This document shows positions 54,083 through 64,000 of a DNA stretch of 64,000 nt, piece after piece (the stretch's first letter is position 1; each line of letters begins with the position of its first letter). The translations under genes and the position numbers were made by a program. The stretch is from positions 384,001-448,000 of the forward strand of contig JBFMHR010000001.1 of the NCBI GenBank assembly GCA_040751795.1, given 5' to 3'. The DNA comes from Thermoplasmatota archaeon (GTDB lineage: Archaea; Thermoplasmatota; Thermoplasmata; UBA10834). Below the pieces are notes generated by a model that was not told where the DNA came from, did no database searches, and saw nothing but the letters and a program-made list of their open reading frames with translations.

Positions 54083-55291
54083 ATGAAGGCAGTCATAGTG
54101 GGAGTGGGAGCGGTGGGCTCGGTGGTCGCCGACCTCCTTACGAGGTCGGAGGAGTACGACGAGGTCGTCGTCGGGGACATAGACCTCGAGAGGGCCAAGG
54201 CCATGGAGAGGCGGCTGTCGAGCGACAAGGCCTCCGCGGCGAGGATAGACGCGTCGGACACCGAGGGCATGGCCAGGGCGTTCAAGGGGGCGGACCTCGT
54301 CGTCAACGGCGTCATACCGAAGTTCAACTTCAACATCATGGACGCGTGCCTCGCGGCGAAGGCGAACTACGCCGACATGGCGAGCGACATATTCCTCTCG
54401 AAGGAGAGGCCGGGGGAGGTCGTCAAGGAGCCGCCGATCCAGTGGGAGATAGCGAAGTACACGGCGGCGTACGAGAAGGCGGGCATCATTGGCATGCTCG
54501 GCCTCGGCTGCGAGCCCGGGATCGCCAACGTCTTCGCGCGCCTGGCCGCGGACAAGATGGACACGGTCAAGGACATACTCATCAGGGACGGCGACACCGG
54601 CCAGATAGAGGGGTACGAGTTCGCGCCGCTCTGGTCGCCCCAGACGCTCATAGAGGAGGTCCTCATGCCCGCGATGGTCTACAAGGACGGGGCGTACAGG
54701 AAGGTCAAGCCCTTCAGCGGGAAGGAGCAGTTCGAGTTCCCGTCGCCCGTCGGGACCCTCCCGATCTACAACGTCGACCACGAGGAGCAGGAGACCCTCC
54801 CGACGTACATCGGGGAGGTCCTCGGCAAGGGGTGCGAGTACTGCGACTTCAAGCTCGCCCTCGGGGACGAGTACGTGGAGACCATACGGACGGTCGGCAG
54901 GCTGGGGATGCACAGCTCCGAGAAGATCGACGTCAAGGGGGCCAAGGTGGCGCCGATAGACGTCGTCTCGGCCTGCATACCCGACCCGGCCGCGATCGGG
55001 GACAGGGCGACCGGGGAGTTCACCGCTGTGAACGTGACCACCGGCACCAAGGACGGCAAGGACGTCGGGTACAGGATCCACACATACATGAACCACAAGG
55101 ACTGCTGGAACACGCATGGCCACAGCGCGACCGCGTACACCGTCGGGGCGCCGATGGCGATAGGTGCCATCCTGATGGCCCGCGGGCAGATATCCCAGAA
55201 GGGCGTGTTCCCACCGGAGATGCTCGACGCCAAGCCGATCGTCGACATGCTCCCCGAGTTCGGCATGAACTGCATCGTCACGAAGCTCTGA
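54083..55291 (+). CDS. Saccharopine dehydrogenase / carboxy(nor)spermidine dehydrogenase-like NAD(P)-dependent oxidoreductase
   Basis: GVGAVG Rossmann motif; MDACL....NYAD, GLGCEPG, WSP, DHEE and GVFPPE. Confidence 0.85.
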   Translation: MKAVIVGVGAVGSVVADLLTRSEEYDEVVVGDIDLERAKAMERRLSSDKASAARIDASDTEGMARAFKGADLVVNGVIPKFNFNIMDACLAAKANYADMASDIFLSKERPGEVVKEPPIQWEIAKYTAAYEKAGIIGMLGLGCEPGIANVFARLAADKMDTVKDILIRDGDTGQIEGYEFAPLWSPQTLIEEVLMPAMVYKDGAYRKVKPFSGKEQFEFPSPVGTLPIYNVDHEEQETLPTYIGEVLGKGCEYCDFKLALGDEYVETIRTVGRLGMHSSEKIDVKGAKVAPIDVVSACIPDPAAIGDRATGEFTAVNVTTGTKDGKDVGYRIHTYMNHKDCWNTHGHSATAYTVGAPMAIGAILMARGQISQKGVFPPEMLDAKPIVDMLPEFGMNCIVTKL

Positions 55292-55374
55292 GCGGGTCCG
55301 CGCCGAACATGTCTGCCGCGAACTGCTAATATTGCGGAGACCCCTGCACCACGTCGGTTCAGGAGGAGTTCGGA

Positions 55375-56892
55375 ATGGCCGCAGCAAAGGGACGGAGGAA
55401 GGGCCTCACCACAGCCTTCGGGAGGCCCGTGGGAGACGACCAGAACAGCGAGACCGCGGGCCCCAGGGGCCCGGTGCTCGTGCAGGACACGCACCTGCTC
55501 GAGAAGCTGGGGCACTTCGACCGCGAGCGCATACCCGAGCGCGTCGTGCACGCGAAGGGCGCGGGCGCGCACGGGTACTTCGAGGTCACGGCGGACGTGA
55601 CGAGGTACACGAAGGCGAAGTTCCTCTCGAAGGTCGGCAAGAGGACCGACGTGTTCGTGAGGTTCTCCACCGTCGGCGGTGAGAGGGGCTCCGCGGACGC
55701 GGAACGGGACCCGAGGGGTTTCGCCGTCAAGTTCTACACCGAGGAGGGCAACTACGACCTCGTCGGGAACAACACCCCCGTGTTCTTCATCAGGGACCCG
55801 CTCAAGTTCCCCGACTTCATACACACTCAGAAGCGCAACCCGAGGACCAACCTCAAGGACCCCGACATGTTCTGGGACTTCCTGTCCCTGACGCCCGAGT
55901 CGGTCCACCAGGTCACCATCCTCTTCTCCGACAGGGGCACCCCCGCGACCTTCAGGAACATGAACGGCTACAGCAGCCACACCTACCTGTGGTACAACGG
56001 GAAGGGGGAGCGGTTCTGGGTGCAGTACCACCTCAAGACGGACCAGGGGATCAGGAACCTCACGAGGCAGGAGGCGGACGCCATGAGGTCGAAGGACCCC
56101 GACCACGCGACGAGGGACCTGCACGACGCCATCGAGCGGGGGGATCATCCATCGTGGACCCTCGAGATGCAGATAATGCCGGCCGACGAGGCCGAGGACT
56201 ACAGGTGGGACGTGCTCGACATCACCAAGGTGTGGCCCCACGGCGACTACCCGACCATGAAGGTCGGGAAGCTGGTCCTGAACAGGAACCCGGTGAACTA
56301 CTTCGCCGAGGTGGAGCAGGCCGCGTTCGCGCCCAGCAACCTCGTCCCCGGGATAGCGCCGTCGCCCGACAAGCTGCTGCAGGGGAGGCTCTTCTCGTAC
56401 CACGACACGCACCTGCACAGGCTGGGCCCGAACTACCACCTCATCCCCGTGAACGCGCCGAAGAACGCGCCGGAGGCGAGCTACCAGAGGGACGGCCCGA
56501 TGAGGGTCGACTCCGGGGGAGGTCCGGGCCCGAACTACTGGCCCAACAGCATGGGCGGACCCGGGCCTGACGCGGCCGCCATGGACCCTGCCTCCGACCT
56601 GTCGGGGAAAGCGGCCAGGCAGCCCTACTCCCACCCCAACGACGACTTCGTCCAGCCTGGGGCGCTGTACAGGAAGGTCATGACGGAGACCGACAGGGAG
56701 CACCTGGTGGGGAACATCGTCGCCCACCTGGGCGGCGCGCAGAAGCGCATCCAGCTGAGGCAGGCGGCCCTGTTCTTCAAGGTGGACCCGGACTACGGCC
56801 GCAGGGTGGCAAAGGGGCTAGGCCTCAGCGTCAAGGAGGTCGAGGGGCTCGCGAAGATGTCGCAGGAGGACCGCGTCAAGGCGACGAGCTGA
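55375..56892 (+). CDS. katA: Monofunctional heme catalase (small subunit)
   Basis: [15 protein letters not shown] (active-site His), [17 protein letters not shown] and RLFSYHDT (proximal Tyr). Confidence 0.97.
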   Translation: MAAAKGRRKGLTTAFGRPVGDDQNSETAGPRGPVLVQDTHLLEKLGHFDRERIPERVVHAKGAGAHGYFEVTADVTRYTKAKFLSKVGKRTDVFVRFSTVGGERGSADAERDPRGFAVKFYTEEGNYDLVGNNTPVFFIRDPLKFPDFIHTQKRNPRTNLKDPDMFWDFLSLTPESVHQVTILFSDRGTPATFRNMNGYSSHTYLWYNGKGERFWVQYHLKTDQGIRNLTRQEADAMRSKDPDHATRDLHDAIERGDHPSWTLEMQIMPADEAEDYRWDVLDITKVWPHGDYPTMKVGKLVLNRNPVNYFAEVEQAAFAPSNLVPGIAPSPDKLLQGRLFSYHDTHLHRLGPNYHLIPVNAPKNAPEASYQRDGPMRVDSGGGPGPNYWPNSMGGPGPDAAAMDPASDLSGKAARQPYSHPNDDFVQPGALYRKVMTETDREHLVGNIVAHLGGAQKRIQLRQAALFFKVDPDYGRRVAKGLGLSVKEVEGLAKMSQEDRVKATS

Positions 56893-56931
56893 CGCTGCGC
56901 GACCGCCCGGCCCTCAGGGACCTCGCCCGCT

Positions 56932-58455
56932 CTACGACGACAGTCCGAGTATGAACCCGTACGCCTCCAGCCCGAGGGCCGTGTCGGAGTCGAACAGCGC
57001 GGAGACGGCTCCTTCCATGTCTCCGGACGCGAGCGCATCCTCGGCCAAGTCCTCCGCCTCCGCATTCGCCTCGAAGGCCCCGGCCTCCCACCCGCCCAGC
57101 ACCGGCGCGAGCTCTATCCATGCGGCGAAGGTGCCCTCCCTGAGCAGGCTCGCGGCCTTCCACACGGTGCCGTCGGCGTAGGCCGAGAGCGCATCCGCGA
57201 GCTCCTCTGGCCGCTGCATCAGCCCGTTGTGCAGCGGGAAGTAGGGCGTGTAGCCCGGACAGTTGATTGAAGTCCACATGACGGACATGGTCTCCGGGTG
57301 CACGGGGTCTATCTCGAAGACGCCCGCCGCCACCGTCCTTATGTTGCAGATCGAGAAGCCGGGCCACCCGAAGCCCCATGTGCCCCACGGCATCTCGGGG
57401 TGGGCGTCTATGACCTCCTGCGGCTGCGAGCATCCCCAGTCGTCCACGTCCCTGGTGAAGGTGGTGAGCTCCTGCGCGCTGACGACGTCCCCGCTGCCGT
57501 GAAGCAGCTCGTAGGCCCGGTCCATCCTCGAGACCGATGGCACCCAGAAGTACCCGAAGTCGTCGTTCACGACCCAGTCGAAGAACGGGTCGAGGATGTA
57601 GTGGTTCGTGTGCACCGCGACGCCGTCTGTGATCCTCGCCCACGTGGTGTCCTCGCCGTCGCCGAAGGAGTAGCATGACGACACGGCCTCTATGAACGCG
57701 GCCTCGTCCCTGTCCGCGACCATCACGCTCGTGCCTCCGTACTTGTCGACGGCGCTAACGAGTTCGATGGACTCGTCCACGTCCGCGCACATCTCGAGCA
57801 CGTGCCTGTTGAGCGGGTTCTCGTCCCAGCCGCCCTCGAAGTACTCCGGCACCGGCACCCAGTTGTTGCCGTCCGCGAGTCCTTCATCGTTGATGCCGAA
57901 CGATATCCCCCAGTCGCCCGCTCCCGCGACGGCGATGAAGCCGTGCTTGCCGTCGATCGGCTCCACGATGAGCAGGACGTTGGGCGCGTTGGCGTCCCTG
58001 GTCTTGGACGCCAGGGTGTTCCCGCTCTCCGAGCCGGAGCCCACCGCGACGACGATCGTGCAGCCGTCGTGCGACCTGACGGACGAGCCGAACATGTTCA
58101 TGGCCATGAGCTCGCCGAAGTCCACGCCCGCGGCCTCGGCCATGGCGCGTATCTCCGTGACCATGTGCTCGGGCATCGACGGTGAGAGCTCAACGGCCCT
58201 CGCGGCCATGGCGCCCCTGTCCATGCCCTTCGACCTCGCCTCGGCCCAGAACGCTCCGAGGTTGTCCCTGATCATCGGGCCGACCGCCTCTCCGTAGGCG
58301 GTCCCCCGCTCCTCGTGCGTCCCCGAAAGGACCACGACGGGCATCCCGTCAACCGTCGGGAGGGCGTCATCGCCCTCCGCGCCGGCCGGCACGAAAACCG
58401 TCAGGCTCAACGCGATCGCAATGCATGCAACCAGAGAAGTGACTGACCCCCTCAT
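56932..58455 (-). CDS. Ntn-hydrolase, peptidase C45/C69-like, secreted
   Basis: Signal peptide; GT..ERG.AYG prodomain; DG|CT autoprocessing site; GINDEGL and HTNHY. Confidence 0.8.
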   Translation of the reverse strand: MRGSVTSLVACIAIALSLTVFVPAGAEGDDALPTVDGMPVVVLSGTHEERGTAYGEAVGPMIRDNLGAFWAEARSKGMDRGAMAARAVELSPSMPEHMVTEIRAMAEAAGVDFGELMAMNMFGSSVRSHDGCTIVVAVGSGSESGNTLASKTRDANAPNVLLIVEPIDGKHGFIAVAGAGDWGISFGINDEGLADGNNWVPVPEYFEGGWDENPLNRHVLEMCADVDESIELVSAVDKYGGTSVMVADRDEAAFIEAVSSCYSFGDGEDTTWARITDGVAVHTNHYILDPFFDWVVNDDFGYFWVPSVSRMDRAYELLHGSGDVVSAQELTTFTRDVDDWGCSQPQEVIDAHPEMPWGTWGFGWPGFSICNIRTVAAGVFEIDPVHPETMSVMWTSINCPGYTPYFPLHNGLMQRPEELADALSAYADGTVWKAASLLREGTFAAWIELAPVLGGWEAGAFEANAEAEDLAEDALASGDMEGAVSALFDSDTALGLEAYGFILGLSS

Positions 58456-58649
58456 CCCGACGTCCCCCCGTCGCGGGAGGCACCGACCCGTCCGGCCGGG
58501 CCGCCCGCGCTCGGCACCCCGACCGCGTTACAGCCTAGAAATCGGTTGCGGTCAGGATCTCGAGGCCACCTGTCCGCGGCGAGGGGATGGCGCTCGGACG
58601 CAGAGAAGCCCTTAAGCCGCCGGGAGCGGTTCGGAGTACGGATACGGCC

Positions 58650-58850
58650 ATGAAGTGCGCGAACTGCGGCTCGGAGAACCCCGAGGGGAAGAAGTTCTGC
58701 GGCGACTGCGGCAAGGAGCTTGCGGAGGCCCCCGCGGCGCCCGAGGGGGACGCGGGGAGGAAGTGCAGCTCCTGCGGCCGAGCCCTCGAGATGGAGACCA
58801 ACGTCTGCCCCTACTGCGGACGATGGGTGAAACGGTCCATGTTCGGGTAA
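58650..58850 (+). CDS. Double zinc-ribbon protein (66 aa)
   Basis: CANCG..N....FCGDCG and CSSCG...CPYCG. Confidence 0.8.
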   Translation: MKCANCGSENPEGKKFCGDCGKELAEAPAAPEGDAGRKCSSCGRALEMETNVCPYCGRWVKRSMFG

Positions 58851-58899
58851 TGGCAGCGCCGCAGGCCGGAAATCGGTTGCGGTTTGCATCGGACGGCCC

Positions 58900-59355
58900 T
58901 CAGCCGAACATCGGGTCCCTGGTGCGACTCTTGTGCGGAGCTGCCCCCGAATCCGCCGGCTGCGGACCCTGGGGCTCCCCGCTGGGGCAAGGTCCGTCCG
59001 CGCAGGGCCCTTCGGGCCCCAGCAATGCGCGCGGCCTCCCCCCGTCGGCCGAGCGCTTCCTGTTGTACCTCTCGAGCTCGTCGAGGACCTGGTCCGCGCC
59101 CCAGAATCCGAATGTCCCCCTGGCCATAGAGAGCATGTCCAGCATGCCCGCGACGTACGAGTTGCTCGCGACCTCCTCGCTGGGGGACTCCTCGATTCCC
59201 TGCCTGTTCTCGCGGATGAAGCGCCTCGTGCTCACCGCAACCGCCGCCCGCGCCCTGAGCGCGTGCTCCTCCCAGGTGTCGGACTGCCTGGCCGCCCGCG
59301 AGGATCTCCTGGCCTTCCCCTTCCTCACCCCTGCCTTGCTCCTGCCCCCTGACAT
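58900..59355 (-). CDS. Hypothetical protein
   Basis: Helical core SYVAGMLDML...WGADQVLDEL; start uncertain. Confidence 0.4.
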   Translation of the reverse strand: MSGGRSKAGVRKGKARRSSRAARQSDTWEEHALRARAAVAVSTRRFIRENRQGIEESPSEEVASNSYVAGMLDMLSMARGTFGFWGADQVLDELERYNRKRSADGGRPRALLGPEGPCADGPCPSGEPQGPQPADSGAAPHKSRTRDPMFG

Positions 59356-59581
59356 GCGAAGGACTCCTGCACGTGGATGATGGCATGCGGAACGAAGGGC
59401 CTTCGCGGAGACGGTATCGCACGAGCTCCTACGATATCGGCGGAGGCCATCCATCAACGCTTGTCCTAGGCCGCCCGGGAAAGCGCGCAACCTTATTATA
59501 GCAAAGTCTCGGATTCGCGTGTCAGTACCGGGGCGATGGACGTCTTTGTCCATCGCGCGGGCACGGAATTGGGGGAAGAGA

Positions 59582-60994
59582 ATGAGAGTGACTCAGAAGC
59601 GCGTTTTGATGGTAGGGTTGCTGCTCTCCGCATCGATGGTCATGTCGGGCATGGTCGCTGCCGGCCCTGTCCTGCAGCCGCCTCCGACGGCCGAGGCCGA
59701 GGACGGGGGCACATGGACCGTATTCGTGTACCTTTGCGGCGACAACAACCTCGAGAGCTATGCGATCGAAGACCTGGTCGAGATGGAGAACGTCGGGTCC
59801 CAGAACGGCGTGACGATCATAGTCCTGCTGGACACGCTGACCTACACGGAGGACACTCACTGGCTCCTGATCGAGAAGGGCGTGACGCACTACGACGCCG
59901 AGACGGGCGAGCTTGACTGCGACTGCGACCTGTTCGAGGAGGAGGGTTGCCCCGGCGAGGTCGACATGGGCGATGGCGAGAGGCTCACATGGGCGGTCGT
60001 GACCGCGTTCTCGTACGCCCCCGCGGACCACTACATGCTGGTGCTGTGGGACCACGGCGGCGGATGGAGGGGCGTCTGCTACGACGACGGCTCCCTCGCG
60101 GACGTGCCGCAGGGCTGGGTCTCCAGGCTCACCACGCCGGAGACCGCAGCATCCCTCGCTGCCGCCCAGGAGCAGCTCAATGCGCTCGAGGGGACCGAGG
60201 ACTATAAGCTCACCATCCTCGGCTACGACGCCTGCCTGAACGCGATGATCGAGGTCGTGTACCAGAACAGGAACATCGCGGACTACATGTTCGCGTCCAT
60301 CAACCTGGTCCCCGGCCAGGGGATGGGCTACGAGGGCTTCCTGTCATTCATGGTCCAGGACCCGAGGCCGTCGGTCGAGGAGATTGGCATCGAGATAGTC
60401 GACTCGTACATCGAGTTCTACGAGAACCTGATATCGGAGACGGGCCAGGGCATCGAGTACTTCGGCGACACGACCCTGTCGTTCATCAAGCTCGGCGACC
60501 GCGTGACGCAGCTCGGCGAGGACATCGACGCGCTCGCGCACGAGCTGATCGACGGCGGCTACATGGACACGCACAGGGGCGCAATAGAGTCGGCGGAGTC
60601 GCAGACCCCGAGGATACCGACCTACATGGGGGAGCAGTTCCCCTTCATCGACCTCGGCCTGTTCGCCGAGAAGCTCGGCGAGAAGATCCCCGACCTCAAG
60701 CCCCTGACGGACAAGGTCGTCGAGGGCGTCGACGAGATCGTCGTCTACGAGAACCACGTCACCTCCGCCAGCGGGGCGGTCCTGAGGACGTCGGGCATAT
60801 CGGTGTACTTCACCTGCTCGTACCACTGGATCAACCCGGCCTACTGGTTCGAGGACATAGAGGACGCGGAGCTCTACGGGCTGAACACGCTGTACTACGG
60901 CATGGACTTCACCGTGAACACCTGGTGGGACGAGTTCGTCTTCACCTTCTGCCAGGCATACGACGAGAGCGTCCTCGACCTCGAAGAGGACTGA
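59582..60994 (+). CDS. Clostripain-family (C11) secreted cysteine peptidase, acidic paralogue
   Basis: WTVFVYLCGDNNLE, LWDHGGGW and YDACLN motifs; signal peptide. Confidence 0.9.
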   Translation: MRVTQKRVLMVGLLLSASMVMSGMVAAGPVLQPPPTAEAEDGGTWTVFVYLCGDNNLESYAIEDLVEMENVGSQNGVTIIVLLDTLTYTEDTHWLLIEKGVTHYDAETGELDCDCDLFEEEGCPGEVDMGDGERLTWAVVTAFSYAPADHYMLVLWDHGGGWRGVCYDDGSLADVPQGWVSRLTTPETAASLAAAQEQLNALEGTEDYKLTILGYDACLNAMIEVVYQNRNIADYMFASINLVPGQGMGYEGFLSFMVQDPRPSVEEIGIEIVDSYIEFYENLISETGQGIEYFGDTTLSFIKLGDRVTQLGEDIDALAHELIDGGYMDTHRGAIESAESQTPRIPTYMGEQFPFIDLGLFAEKLGEKIPDLKPLTDKVVEGVDEIVVYENHVTSASGAVLRTSGISVYFTCSYHWINPAYWFEDIEDAELYGLNTLYYGMDFTVNTWWDEFVFTFCQAYDESVLDLEED

Positions 60995-61008
60995 AACCGC
61001 AGCAAACC

Positions 61009-61040
61009 GTGCGGCCCGAGAGGGCCGCACACTCGATTTT
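61009..61040 (+). terminator. Hairpin with GAGA tetraloop and T-tract between convergent genes
   Basis: GTGCGGCCC-GAGA-GGGCCGCAC followed by GATTTT. Confidence 0.6.
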
Positions 61041-61068
61041 CATTCATCCGCGAGAGCGAGTCCGCCGT

Positions 61069-62580
61069 CTATCCCCATAGCGCCGAGTACTTCCTCTCGA
61101 GGTACCTGGTGAACGGCTCCGGGGAGAGCGGCCTCCCCGCGACCTTCTCGACCAGCTCGGCCGCGTCGTACAGCGAGCCCCAGCGGTGGACCTCCTCCCT
61201 CAGCCACCCGATGACCGCCTGCGGCCTCCCCTCGGCGACCTCCTGCTGCCACCCGGGCATGTCCTTGTCGAGCCTCTCGACGTACATCCCGTCGTAGACG
61301 TTGCCCATCGCGTAGCTCTGGAAGTACCCGAAGGAGCCGGAGCTCCAGTGGACGTCCTGCATGACGCCCTCGACGTCGTCCTCGACCTTCACGCCGAGGT
61401 ACCTGTCGTAGAGGTCGTTCCACACCCGGGGGAGCTCCTTCACCGCGACCTTCCCGCCGAAGAGCGCCCTCTCGATCTCGAACCTTATCGCGACGTGTAT
61501 GCAGTAGGTGACCTCGTCCGCCTTCACCCGTATCTTGGTCCTCGCGACCCTGTTGAGCGACCTCATCAGGCCGTCCAGCTGTAGGTCCGAGTAGGCCGGC
61601 GCCGTGAGCTCCTTGAACCTCGGGAGGTAGTGGGACCAGAACTGCCTCGAGGTCCCGACCATGTTCTCCACGAACCTGGAGCACGACTCGTGCACCCCCA
61701 TGCTCGCGGGGTGCGACACCGGCTGGTAGATCCACTCCCGGTTGATGTTCTGGTCGTACATGGCGTGGCCGGACTCGTGCATCGCGCCGAGGAGCGTGTC
61801 GAAGAGGCCGTCGTCCTTCAGCCTGATGGCGATCCTGACGTCGTCCACGTAGCCGGTGGTGAACGGGTGGATGGTCTCGTCTATGCGGCCCCTGGCCTTG
61901 TCGGAGACGGTGTCGAAGCCGAGGAGGTTGACGACGTCCTTGACGACCTCCCTCTGCGCATGCAGGGGCACCTTCCTCAGGAGGACGGACGGGCCTGCGG
62001 CCTCCGACGCGGGGGCGAACTTGTCCGTGAGCCTGACGAGGTCGCGCCTCAGGCCGGCGAGGATCTCCGCCGCCTGGTCCCCGGTCATGCCCCGCTCGTA
62101 GTCGTACATCAGGGAGTCGAAGACGGTCCTCGTCCCCCTGGCCTCCATGGCCGCCTCGGCCAGCTTGGCGCTGAGGTCGACCATCCTCTCCAGCTCCGGC
62201 TCGAAGACGCGCCAGTCCTTGGCGTTCCTCGCCCTGGCCCACGCGTCCCTCGCGGTCGCGGTCTGCTTCGTGTACTCGCCCAGGAGGTCCTCGGGGACGC
62301 TCATGGCGATGTCCCTCTCCCTCCTCAGGAGGTGGAGGTTCCTGGACTGGACCTCGTCGAGGGAGGCGCGCTCCCTCTCGCACTCGCGCAGGAGCGTGCC
62401 GAGCTCGTCGCTCGTGAGAAGCCTGTGCCCCAGGCGCCTGAGGAGGCCCAGCTGGTCCCCCCTCATGTCCGTCCCGCCCGGGGGCATGTAGGTCTCCATG
62501 TCCCACATCATCATCAGGGCGGTCGAGTCGATCAGCACTGTCTCGCGGTACCTGTCCATCAACTTCTGATAGGAGCTCAT
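61069..62580 (-). CDS. Carboxypeptidase M32 (Taq/Pfu type)
   Basis: HPF, HESGH, HES, IRVKADE, QDVHW and GYFQSY motifs. Confidence 0.95.
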   Translation of the reverse strand: MSSYQKLMDRYRETVLIDSTALMMMWDMETYMPPGGTDMRGDQLGLLRRLGHRLLTSDELGTLLRECERERASLDEVQSRNLHLLRRERDIAMSVPEDLLGEYTKQTATARDAWARARNAKDWRVFEPELERMVDLSAKLAEAAMEARGTRTVFDSLMYDYERGMTGDQAAEILAGLRRDLVRLTDKFAPASEAAGPSVLLRKVPLHAQREVVKDVVNLLGFDTVSDKARGRIDETIHPFTTGYVDDVRIAIRLKDDGLFDTLLGAMHESGHAMYDQNINREWIYQPVSHPASMGVHESCSRFVENMVGTSRQFWSHYLPRFKELTAPAYSDLQLDGLMRSLNRVARTKIRVKADEVTYCIHVAIRFEIERALFGGKVAVKELPRVWNDLYDRYLGVKVEDDVEGVMQDVHWSSGSFGYFQSYAMGNVYDGMYVERLDKDMPGWQQEVAEGRPQAVIGWLREEVHRWGSLYDAAELVEKVAGRPLSPEPFTRYLERKYSALWG

Positions 62581-62723
62581 GTGAACTGCCCTCGGGGGTG
62601 GCGGACTGGCCGGGTGATGACGGTCCATGGTGATTAGCCTTTGCGAGGCTACCGATTTGTGTGAGAAACGCGAGGGGCCGAGGCCCGGCCCCGTCGCCTA
62701 TCGGTTTGTCTCCTGGACCGGGC

Positions 62724-63065
62724 TCACTTCCCCTTCTTCTTCGGCGGGAGGACCATCCAGTCCCCCACCTCCCGGAGCACGGTCAAGTTGAACGATCCAG
62801 GGACGAAGAAATCGCTGTCGTCTATGCACAATCTGTCGAAGACCGGGTCGCTGTATTCCCGCAATACGTCGAAGTCGGAGAACTTCTTGCACTCCCAGAT
62901 CCATGTCACGTCGTAGCGGCCGATGTTCATGGTCGAGCCGTATACGCCCTTCAGCGTCCACCCGGGTGGGCTGTGTTTCCTGAACGCGTCGATGTTCTTC
63001 GTGATATGCTCCTTGTATTCGAGGTCCCTCCCCTTCTCAATGTTCGCACTCCATAGCACTAACAC
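62724..63065 (-). CDS. Small dimeric alpha+beta-barrel-like protein
   Basis: GGAGGTGA RBS with GTG 63065; LKGVY.....GRYDV.WIWE pattern. Confidence 0.55.
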   Translation of the reverse strand: MLVLWSANIEKGRDLEYKEHITKNIDAFRKHSPPGWTLKGVYGSTMNIGRYDVTWIWECKKFSDFDVLREYSDPVFDRLCIDDSDFFVPGSFNLTVLREVGDWMVLPPKKKGK

Positions 63066-63223
63066 CTTCTCACCTCCTCCTCGAACCACCCTCGAGGTTA
63101 CCTTTCAATGGGGCCCACCTGATACTAGTAAGTTCGCGGGGATCCGTTCGTCGGCCGCCGAAGTCGCCCTGAGCGGGGGAGGGCTGAGGCCTTGAAGTAC
63201 GGCCTCCCCGATTCGGAGGAACG

Positions 63224-63901
63224 ATGACGGAGTTGGCCCGTGCGGACGGAGGGGCGCCTCAGGCGTCGGCCGTCTCATTCCGGCCCTGCGCCCCCGGCGA
63301 CATACCCGCGTGTGCACGCCTCGCGCGCGACGCGTGGCCGGCAGGGCCTTCCGTCGCCTCGAAGGAGCTGGAGCTCGCCGGGATGGAGGGGTACATGCAG
63401 TACTCCCTCGACGCGTCCAACTGGAGCGAGGTCGCGTGCACCGACGAGGGGATGGTCGGGTTCCTGTTCGGGAGGATAGACGGCCTGCCGACGGGCCCGC
63501 CCCCGGAGCGGGGGCTCCTCGGTGAGCTGCCCTCGCTGCTCTCGTCCATACTGGACCACGACCGGAGGGAGCCGAGGATGCTCGCGTTCCTCTGGAGCCT
63601 CGCGATGACCGAGTTCAAGGTGAGGGTGAACACCCCGCAGTCGGACGCGGCAGTGGAGATGTTCATAGTCGACGCGGCCTGGAGGGGGAAGGGGGTCGGG
63701 ACGACGCTCCTCGACAGGTTCCTGAAGGCCGCGAAGGACGCCGGGGCCAGGCGGGTCACCGTGTACACGGACGAGCTCATGAGCAACTGGCGGTTCTACG
63801 AGGGCCGCGGTTTCACCCGCGTGGCCACCTTCCACGACGACATAACCTCGCACTACTCCGGGTCCCCGGCGCGGGGGATCATCTTCGCGATGGACCTGTA
63901 G
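63224..63901 (+). CDS. GNAT N-acetyltransferase
   Basis: FIVDAAWRGKGVGTTLL and N..FYEGRGF motifs. Confidence 0.88.
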   Translation: MTELARADGGAPQASAVSFRPCAPGDIPACARLARDAWPAGPSVASKELELAGMEGYMQYSLDASNWSEVACTDEGMVGFLFGRIDGLPTGPPPERGLLGELPSLLSSILDHDRREPRMLAFLWSLAMTEFKVRVNTPQSDAAVEMFIVDAAWRGKGVGTTLLDRFLKAAKDAGARRVTVYTDELMSNWRFYEGRGFTRVATFHDDITSHYSGSPARGIIFAMDL

Positions 63902-64000
63902 CCCAGGGGTATGCGGGGTCGCTCAGAACCTGCCCTTCGCCCCGCCGCCCCCGGACCTTCCACCGCCGAACCTGCCCCTCGTGAGTATGCCTCCGAGCCA

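Noticed and set aside
1-64000. CRISPR array or cas genes
   Set aside because: No regularly spaced repeat-spacer array was seen by eye; the repeats found are intragenic or isolated pairs.

Overview
High-GC archaeal chromosome segment, most consistent with Thermoplasmatota. This is an inference from a CCA-less tRNA with an upstream TATA box, GGAGGTGA ribosome-binding sites, many zinc-ribbon membrane proteins and secreted clostripains. A lower-GC foreign region (~6.6-43.3 kb) is inserted at the 3' end of tRNA-Leu(CAG). Element 1 (6652-32404, ~25.7 kb) is a tyrosine-integrase island bounded by a 13-bp direct repeat, with 40-bp imperfect inverted arms just inside both ends. It is a dense defence island: a restriction-fold nuclease; an unusual HhH-GPD/[4Fe-4S] DNA glycosylase fused to a C5-cytosine methyltransferase heading a GHKL-Z1-DUF4420-AIPR (Mza-like) operon; GmrSD coupled to a non-canonical UDG-fold protein; a NERD nuclease; a MazG + DUF2075 pair; Shedu; a GNAT toxin-antitoxin pair; and three tiny membrane ORFs before another nuclease. 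A decayed copy of the DUF2075 3' end brackets a 5-kb sub-cassette. A second segment without an integrase (32405-~43221) carries a 3166-aa secreted Rhs polymorphic toxin and a putative immunity gene, and ends at a degenerate att-like site. Host flanks encode glmM (partial), surface and zinc-ribbon proteins, a DEAD-box helicase, two clostripains, a flavodoxin, an isochorismatase-family hydrolase, a PHP hydrolase, a saccharopine-dehydrogenase-like enzyme, catalase, C45 and M32 peptidases and a GNAT. All family calls come from motif recognition by eye; no database searches were run.
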